Source: Cyanidioschyzon merolae (lineage: Eukaryota). From it: a stretch of DNA of 64,000 bases. Under the pieces are notes generated by a model. That model made no database searches. It saw only the letters and a list, made by a program, of their open reading frames with translations, and was not told where the DNA came from. The translations under genes were made by a program, and so were the position numbers. The stretch lies in assembly GCA_000091205.1 (NCBI GenBank), contig AP006495.2; one strand, written 5' to 3'. Shown piece after piece: positions 57,139-64,000 of this stretch (position 1 is its first letter; every line of letters begins with the position of its first letter).

Positions 57139-58077
57139 CTAGGTCCCCGGGATTGTTTCCCTTTTCTCGTCGTTCCAGCGCTGCTCGGCGCGGGCAGCAA
57201 ACGCGCGAAGCACACCAGGAACTTCTTTCATGATCTTGCGCTCAACCAGCGCTATCGGGAAGAGGATCATCGGAACCACGTCCAGCGCATACTCCAAACG
57301 AGTCTCTGTCTCGCTGCGCGGCACGATTCTATACACCCCTTTCCAAGATGCAAAGTCCCTGCTCTCTCGTTTCGAGAACAGGAGCTCGCCCTGCTCTGGT
57401 AGCATCTCAACTTCCATAACGAGTCGCGATTGCAGTCTCAGACGACGGCTGACCCAGGCGACTTGCTCGAGCAGTCGTGACTCCGTGTCAAAGCGCGACG
57501 AGAGCATATGCGGTACAAACTCGATCATTTCATCGAATGCCGTCAGCACCGTCCAGACGTGTGCCTTAGGTGCGAAAACGTTTAGCGATCCAGTGATCAA
57601 TCGCCGACGCGAGTCCAGCGAACGCAGTTCGACTCGCAGCTCCTCAGGCGGATCTGTCCGAAGCTCCCGCACAAGCGTACCGACTTGTTCGGCATCAGCG
57701 CTTGCTTTTGCCGACAGTGCTGTTCCATGAGCGCGCGGGCTGCGCGGGCTGCGCGGACTCGGAGGCGAGCTCCGCAACCAGCTGCGCGGCGAAAGAACAA
57801 AACCCATGCTCTGGCGGGTATAGCAAGGACTGGCGTCTATCGGTGGTACCCCCTGTTTACTCACGAGCATATTGCCGGGAACTGGTGTTGAACAGAAACC
57901 GACTGCTCGGTCACTGCAAACGTCGGCACGCCGTCCCACCACCATCAACACGAACAGCAAACGCTTTTCAAAAGAAAAACGTTGCTGCCAGTGGTACAGT
58001 AGTGGCGAGTGTCCCGCCCTAGACAAGACGACGCCAACTGATGTGCAGACGCCTCGGAGGATTTCTCGGCGGGCCAT
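57139..58077 (-). CDS. SRPBCC/START-like (polyketide cyclase/dehydrase-type) domain protein. The N-terminal part of the ORF overlaps TE-derived sequence, so the true start is probably an internal Met.
   Basis: Weak pattern match only, with alternating beta-strand/helix character around VWTVLTAFDEMIEFVPHML...WKGVYRIVP...LEYALDVVP. No catalytic motif identified. Confidence 0.3.
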   Translation of the reverse strand: MARREILRGVCTSVGVVLSRAGHSPLLYHWQQRFSFEKRLLFVLMVVGRRADVCSDRAVGFCSTPVPGNMLVSKQGVPPIDASPCYTRQSMGFVLSPRSWLRSSPPSPRSPRSPRAHGTALSAKASADAEQVGTLVRELRTDPPEELRVELRSLDSRRRLITGSLNVFAPKAHVWTVLTAFDEMIEFVPHMLSSRFDTESRLLEQVAWVSRRLRLQSRLVMEVEMLPEQGELLFSKRESRDFASWKGVYRIVPRSETETRLEYALDVVPMILFPIALVERKIMKEVPGVLRAFAARAEQRWNDEKRETIPGT

Positions 58078-58209
58078 GTACGAATGCTTTCAATCTTGTC
58101 TCATATAGTTCCACATTGAGAGGGTGTCCCACAAAGTTCTCTCCTGTCCACGATGGGGGCTTCTTTCCATCACCGCACATTTCCTTCCACTGCATGCGGC
58201 GTTCAAGTC

Positions 58210-59244
58210 TCAATGCACAAACGCTATGCGTTTCTCGCCATTCGTAGTTGTACTTTCTAATGCGAGCAATCCTCGAACTTTCGCCCTTCTTTCCATTTGC
58301 TCTTGCGTCAGCGCTCCGTACGTTTGTATATTACCAGGGCTCCGCTGGCACTTTTCTTTCTCGACGCTCTGAAGTGTACACCCCAGCTCGTGGCGTGTAT
58401 ACGATGTTCGGAACTTATCTACAGGTATCGTGACGAAACAGTGTGCGCACTCCTTGTACGTTCTTGTCGTCGGGGCTGGCGTCGTTCCTTTTTGGGTCAT
58501 CCAGCGCCCTGCCCAATAAGCTACTATGAGCCTCTGACTTTCATTCTCCTTCAGGGCGCTCAGCCGATTGAAAAAGTTCGCGAACGCGCGCCGCTTCCCA
58601 CAGTGTAGATTCATTCGCAATCGAGCCCACCGGGGCTTTGGAAATTCTTTTCGCAGCGCCTCCCAATGAGCAACGCGAACTTGCATGAATTTCATAAAAG
58701 CTTGAAAGTCCGCTCATCGGATCGTCAGTGCGCTCAAAGCTGCCAGGTGATCCTTCATTCCTGCGTTCCATGTCTCAATTTTCTTCCTCGCATTCATTAT
58801 ACCGGATTCTCGAGAATATCTAGTTCTTGAGAACCTCAACAGACGCAAGTCGCTCTCACGTAAGTTGCCGTCAATGCCATCTACCGCACGCTTCGGTGCT
58901 GCGATGGTCATGATATTCGTATTCCCAGGGTCCGTGCCAACGACGAAGTCGTTATCCTGCACTTTCTATGTCGCAGGATCCGCCACCTTCTCATCTTCAT
59001 GCTTCGCCGCGTCAACGACGAGGCCCTTGTCATGCACCTCCTGTGTCGCGGGATCCGCCTCCTTCTCATCTTCATGCTTCACCGCCTCAACGACGAGGCC
59101 CTTCTCATGCACCTCCTGCGTCGCAGGATCCGCCTCTTTGATTTCTTCATCCTTCGTGACGGGCGCGGCCGAGGGCGGAACTGGACGATTTATCTTCAAC
59201 CGCCGATAGTGTACACACAAAGCTACTCCATCGGTTTCGATCAT
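58210..59244 (-). pseudogene. TnpB/Fanzor-like RuvC nuclease ORF (OMEGA-type), disrupted by in-frame TAG at 58966-58968 and a stop at 58714-58716
   Basis: Ruv[19 protein letters not shown] (D near 58931). Arg-rich linker RLLRFSRTRYSRESGIMNARKKIETWNAG. RuvC-II-like VRVAHWEALRKEF (E near 58661). Zinc-ribbon TTRTYKECAHC (near 58445). Degenerate RuvC-III region KCQRSPGNIQTYGAL. Spacing is about 90 aa from D to E and about 70 aa from E to CxxC, as in ISDra2 TnpB. Confidence 0.55.
58970..59165. repeat. 75-bp (25-aa) intragenic tandem repeat, about 2.6 copies, inside ORF2 of copy A (single copy in copy C)
   Basis: gtcgcaggatccgcc... recurs at 58970, 59045 and 59120, encoding ADPATQEVH(E/D)KGLVV(E/D)A(V/A)KHEDEKE repeats. 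Confidence 0.85.
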
Positions 59245-61479
59245 CCCCGTGGATACATTTCGCTTTCTGACTTTGAGACTTTTGAAATCGAAGATATTCT
59301 TTCAGTGCGTCTCATGGTTTTCGCCAGTGAAGTCCTCTCTGCTAACATTGAACTCGGGACTGATCTCCCTCATGATGCCGTAAAGGACGCCGGAATCGAT
59401 ACTCACAAAATGTGACTTGATGTTGCGCATTGGAACGACGTTGAAGCGCTTACCCATTAGGATAGACTTCCATCTCTCTCACTCTTCATTTCCACCTTGC
59501 GTTCGAGCTCTCGGTCCAGAAACACGAAATATCGCAGGACAAGGCGATAGGATCTTTTCTTATCTTTTTTCAACTGTGATATCTTTTCTGCTGGATTCAC
59601 CAGCGCCAGCGCCGCACGGTGCTCTTGTATAACCGCACGGATGACAAAGACCTCATTCGTGCTCTGGTTTGACGCCTTCTCGTCGACGAATTCGATCTCA
59701 TGTTCATGCTTGCGATCGTTCCTTATGCCGTTGAGAATCGCCCGTATCCCTTTGCGAGACATGCCCTGGTAAAGTGCAAACACGGCGCGTATCATGAAAC
59801 GTTCGACGTTCATTGTCAAATGATTCTTCAGGTTCGTGACGCACTTCATCGCCCCGTATGCGTAGATATCCCAGTCACCCTTGTATCGAGTACCGTTGAT
59901 GCTGTAAAGGGTATTTCTCGTGGAGGGCGTGATTCCGCTCATTTTCCCTCCGCGCTTCCCGCTGTACCATGCATCAGGTATCGAAAAAACGTCTTGTCGA
60001 AGGATTCGCCCGGAATCTCGACCGTTTCCATGTGCGCCACATCGCGATACATCTCCCTCGCCAAATGCATCCGTCCTGACGACGCCTTGAGAATACTCTT
60101 GGAGTACGAGTCGACACGGTTCCTAATGGCCTCTCGCAACTTTTCCCTGTACGGATCCTTGACATGTCCAACAAGACAGGCTTTCACCGCCATCTCGGAG
60201 TACAGTTGTCTTTCTTGCCGCCTTCGACGTAGGGCCTCCCTCTTTTGCTTCATTTTTTCTTCTTGTTCTTCTGAACTCGGCACTGTTTCTTGTTTTTTTT
60301 TCTGGCAGCCAGCGACACTGAGCCTCAGGATCGTCGACTTGCTTTTTCATAACTTTCCTTTTTTAGGTTTTGTAAAAAGAACGCTTTTGAACGCTTCTGT
60401 TATAATCCGCAAAAAATCAATCGAACATTTTTACTTGAGGTTTGAAACACAAATGAAACCGAAAAACTGTACTTGGCTATGAACTCAACGAGAATACAAC
60501 TTTTACATCAGAGCTACACGCTAGAAATCACGATCACGTTTCCCGTCAACGGAGGCATACGCGTCGTGTCAGTTTACTGCCTGATCTCCCAGTTGCGCTC
60601 ACTGAGCGCGATGCGTGCACCTCGCCAGACGCCTCACCGATCGATGAAGGACACGTGTCCGACGCCGCATTGGCATATGCGTGTTCGCATCGCGTTGCAG
60701 CGGAAATAAAGTATCGTAGATCGGAAATTCACGCAGAGTAGTCTCTCGCTATAGGCTATGTCGCTGGTGCCGACGCTGCTACCCATCGCAGTACCGCCTT
60801 GACAGACATGTAGATGTTGGGGCCTTGCAAGAAACCCCTCGACGCTTCTATCAAAAGCGTAGCCATCGTAGTATCCTACGATCGTGCGGGTGAGGTATGC
60901 ATCACTCTACTCAATAGGAGTTTCGTTAGTTTTATTGATCGTAAACAAACAAGGCATAGTAGTGTTCCCGAACACGGATATGCGTTTAATCCCTGTGCTT
61001 GTTATGCAGGCTGCACGGACGCTGGGATGAGAAACTGGTTTGAGTTGTGCTTCTATCCTGCGTCATGGGCAGGTACTGATGGCAGGTCAAGTCATTGCCA
61101 TGCTGCCGTCGTTGTCCAAGTTATGATATCCGCTACTCTCTCGGATCCGGTGATCTCGGCAGAGGAATAGCGCACATGTAGCGTGCAGATGTATCACGGC
61201 GTTTGACTGACGCATCTCGCCTGGCACGTTCGAAGCATCCGCTAAAAGCGCATACTGTATTCTGGTCTATTCTCACCGTTTACTGGCAAGAGCCTAAAAT
61301 GTAGATAGCGGTGCAATCGTCAAACCGTGAACTTTTCCGTACCCCCGCCGCTCCATATGCTCCCGGATGCTCGGTGGCTGCCTGCTGGTTTCCCACTCTC
61401 ACCAGCAAAACTGCAGAACGGAAGGATTTTCTTTCTATCTTTTACCGTTCAATGACTGGAAACCGTTTCACGACCATGT

Positions 61480-61600
61480 AGGGTAAATTCATATCCACTC
61501 ACAGACGCCTCCCGGTCTTTTTGGACTGGCCAACAACTACTGTTTCCAACTTGTCCTTGGACAAGTTGGCAGTAGGAGGCTGTCCCACAAAGTCGGATCG
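61480..61600 (-). mobile_element. Short isolated fragment of the repeat-family 3' tail containing a perfect 11-bp palindromic hairpin
   Basis: cagacgcctc...(about 75 nt)...gaggctgtcccacaaagt mirrors 58046...58128 (gtgcagacgcctc...gagggtgtcccacaaagt). Includes ccaacttgtcc ttggacaagttgg. Confidence 0.5.
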
Positions 61601-62959
61601 CGTCAGCTCCGCCGGTCGCGCCTCCATCGTCATTCATCCGTTGATACTGATCGTGTTTTGTCTAAAACGCTTGTGATAGAGCTGAGGTCAAGAGGCGATC
61701 AATTTTGACCGACGCTATCACACGATCGGTACCAGAAGCTAAGGGCTGCAGCCGGCACCAGGTGCTCTTGTGACGGCATGCTGGCCGTGAAGAGTGCGTG
61801 ACGAAGCCGCATGGCACGCGAGGGTGTCCTAGTACATAAAACGAGGACGTGCCCGAGACGTTCAGATTCAGGGTAATGACGAGTCGCCGCTACGGTATTC
61901 TGGGAAAATAATCCGAGTGAGCTTTTGTTGCTCGAACATCGAGCACTATCACGAGTGTGGGTGCGTTTCACTGCACGGTTTGTAACGATCATAGAATCCA
62001 CCATCATCCAAAAGCGACGAAATGTCATACGCGCACCGGCCTCGTAAATCCAGGTCAGGACGTGCCCAGCAGCACGGAAACAAATTACGTGAACTGCTGT
62101 GCTTGCACCGAACGAAAGGAAGCATGCGTTTCCTCGACCGAAGATAGAGGCTTCCGAATTCATTCAGATACTGCCGATGTTTCGCCCGAACCCAGACCAC
62201 CATCTGCAATGTGCCCAAGACCATACACAGGATGCCTACGATTGTTTGCATCATCAAGTTAAGTCCTACTCACGCCAGTACCTCAGATATATAGTTCGGA
62301 CACGACACATGCTCGAAATGGAAGCCGTATGGGGTTTGCCGCAGGCGCCAACGGCACACCAGGTTGCCCGGCTCACCCGTGCCATTGCACACCACGCTTA
62401 TCCAAAACTCGGCTGCAACTGTAGCAGCGGCATCGCCAGCGTGTATGCATCGGCGCCATAGGATTTTTCATTGAGAAAACGTTTCCATTGACCATGGATC
62501 CCAGATTGCCGGATGGGCGCAGACATACGGGAAATCACTCTTTATGTTGTACCCTTATTTCTAGTTCCATTCGCGATTGTTCCTCTCGGATATACTGGTC
62601 ATTTTGCAGGTTATATCGTGCGCCTAGTGCGTGCCGTGCCTAATCCGCCTTGGCGCCTGAACCGCTGGAGCAGATATTTTTGGTAAAGACTGAACTGCTT
62701 TTCCGTACCGCTGAGGGTGTCGGATCAAGGAACGCTTCGTCTGATGTGGAGTAGGAGCACGTGATCATTCCGGGAGCCTGAAAACTGGGAGACATACGAT
62801 CTTTCTGCGACAGCGCGAAGCGATATACTAGGAGTGATCAACGACCAGGGTGATGCCCCGTCGCAGCATACCCGCTCCTAGTCCCAGAATAAAGTGCATT
62901 GCGAACGAGTTGCTCAGATTTAACCAAAGTACCTGTCACTGGGGCGGACATGAAGCGCA

Positions 62960-64000
62960 AGCTTGGGAACCTGTCTTCTTAAATATATCAAGGATCCGTA
63001 CAGGGAAAAGTTGCGAGAGGCCATTAGGAACCGTGTTTACTCGTACTCCAAGAGTATTCTCAAGGCGTCGTCAGGACTGATGCATTTGGCGAGGGAGATG
63101 TACCGCGACGTGGTGCACATGGAAACGGTCGAGATTCCTGGCGAGTTCGTCGACAAGACGTTTTTTCGATACCTGAAGCATGGTAGAGCGGGAAGCGCGG
63201 AGGGAAAATTGAGCGGGATCACGCCCTCCACGAAAAATATCCCTTTTACAGCTTCAAAGGTACTCGATACAAGGGTGACTGGGATATTCGCAGCTACGGG
63301 GCGATGAAGTGCGTCACGAACCTGAAGAATCATTTGACAATGAACGTCGAACGTTTCATGATACGCGCCGTGTTTGCACTTTACCAGGGCATGTCTCGCA
63401 AAGGGATACGGGCGATTCTCAACGGCATAAGGAACGATCGCAAGCATGAACATGAGATCGAATTCGTCGACGAGAAGGCGTCAAACCAGAGCACGAATGA
63501 GGTCTTTGTCATCCGTGCGGTTATACAAGAGCACCGTGCGGCGCTGGCGCTGGTGAATCCAGCAGAAAAGATATCACAGTTGAAAAAAGATAAGGAAAGA
63601 TCCTATCGCCTTGTCCTGCGCTATTTTCTGTTTCTGGACCGAGAGCTCGAACGCAAGGTGGAAATGAAGAGTGAGAGAGATGGAAGTCTATCCTAATGGG
63701 TAAGCGCTTCAACGTCGTTCCAATGCGCAACATCAAGTCACATTTTGTGAGTATCGATTCCGGCGTCCTTTACGGCATCATGAGGGAGATCAGTCCCGAG
63801 TTCAATGTTAGCAGAGAGGACTTCACTGGCGAAAACCATGAGACGCACTGAAAGAATATCTTCGATTTCAAAAGTCTCAAAGTCAGAAAGCGAAATGTAT
63901 CCACGGGGATGATCGAAACCGATGGAGTAGCTTTGTGTGTACACTATCGGCGGTTGAAGATAAATCGTCCAGTTCCGCCCTCGGCCGCGCCCGTCACGAA
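62960..64000 (+). mobile_element. TnpB/Fanzor-like repeat family, copy B, inverted relative to copy A. It is 5'-truncated near 62985 and cut by the window end inside ORF2.
   Basis: ORFs 62963..63307(+) and 63304..63696(+) match ORF1 of copy A at about 93% nucleotide identity, with a different frameshift (+1 t at ccctttTacag). 63870-64000 encodes [30 protein letters not shown] as in copy A. Confidence 0.65.

Larger units (their letters stand above)
57940..60420 (-). mobile_element. TnpB/Fanzor-like repeat family, copy A. It has ORF1 (59457-60283, unknown function, frameshifted), ORF2 (58210-59244, RuvC-nuclease-like with 2 in-frame stops) and a conserved non-coding 3' tail (57940-58210).
   Basis: See pseudogene feature and findings. 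About 93% nucleotide identity to the inverted copy at 62963-64000. Homologous to 8940-11050. Confidence 0.65.

Noticed and set aside
58951-58962. ORF-track start residues taken as ATG
   Set aside because: The first codon of ORF 58714..58962 on the minus strand is GTG, not ATG, although the track renders it as M. The track therefore appears to allow alternative starts. For a eukaryotic nuclear genome this makes ORF 5' ends unreliable, so internal ATGs were preferred where a homologue's N-terminus was recognisable.
58999-59415. Conserved plus-strand ORF antisense to the TnpB-like ORF2 (also 10090..10452 in copy C and 63738..63944 in copy B)
   Set aside because: Antisense ORFs commonly persist opposite GC3-biased coding sequence. 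The peptide has no recognisable motif, and its conservation is explained by conservation of the sense ORF.

Overview
This is a eukaryotic nuclear window: GC-rich (about 55-58%), strong GC3 codon bias, and apparently intron-poor, since most recognisable genes read as single long ORFs. That style resembles oomycete/stramenopile genomes, but the organism is not determined. About 20 protein-coding genes can be supported from sequence-recognisable motifs. Several encode nuclear-encoded mitochondrial enzymes: KAS-type 3-oxoacyl-ACP synthase, dihydrolipoamide dehydrogenase, adrenodoxin reductase and an MRS2/CorA Mg2+ channel. Several belong to ubiquitin-like pathways: UBA3 NEDD8-E1 catalytic subunit, cullin-3, MOCS3/UBA4, a thioredoxin-UBA-UBX protein and a Ulp1/SENP C48 protease. 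The rest are DNA polymerase eta, syntaxin-18, GET1/WRB, a Deg/HtrA protease, an aldo-keto reductase, an FkbM-type methyltransferase and a ThiO-like glycine oxidase with a long disordered tail. The most unusual content is a dispersed repeat family present as three long copies plus two short 3'-end fragments (1.96-2.33 kb and 61.48-61.6 kb). The long copies are at 8.9-11.0 kb, 57.9-60.4 kb and 62.96 kb to the window end, the last two forming a divergent inverted pair. Its second ORF has the motif order and spacing of a TnpB/Fanzor-like RuvC nuclease (the OMEGA-type RNA-guided endonuclease family): a DPG RuvC-I motif, an Arg-rich linker, an HWEAL RuvC-II motif, a CxxC zinc ribbon and a degenerate RuvC-III region. 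All copies are disrupted by in-frame stops and frameshifts. Each copy has a conserved roughly 270-nt non-coding 3' segment, which is a candidate omega-RNA / element-end region. Other structure: an 80-bp x 11 minisatellite with higher-order variant blocks between two divergently oriented CorA/MRS2 paralogs, one of which carries a TMN variant of the GMN motif. There is also a 111-bp x 3 repeat in the Deg protease promoter region, a 101-bp x 3 hairpin-containing tandem repeat at 43.1 kb, and compound GTT/GCT microsatellites. Several coordinates in the tandem-repeat, mobile-element and motif-position calls are approximate, and more so in the AAC/ATC tract and microsatellite calls. The supplied ORF track appears to accept non-ATG starts (a GTG is rendered as M at 58962), so N-terminal boundaries are provisional.
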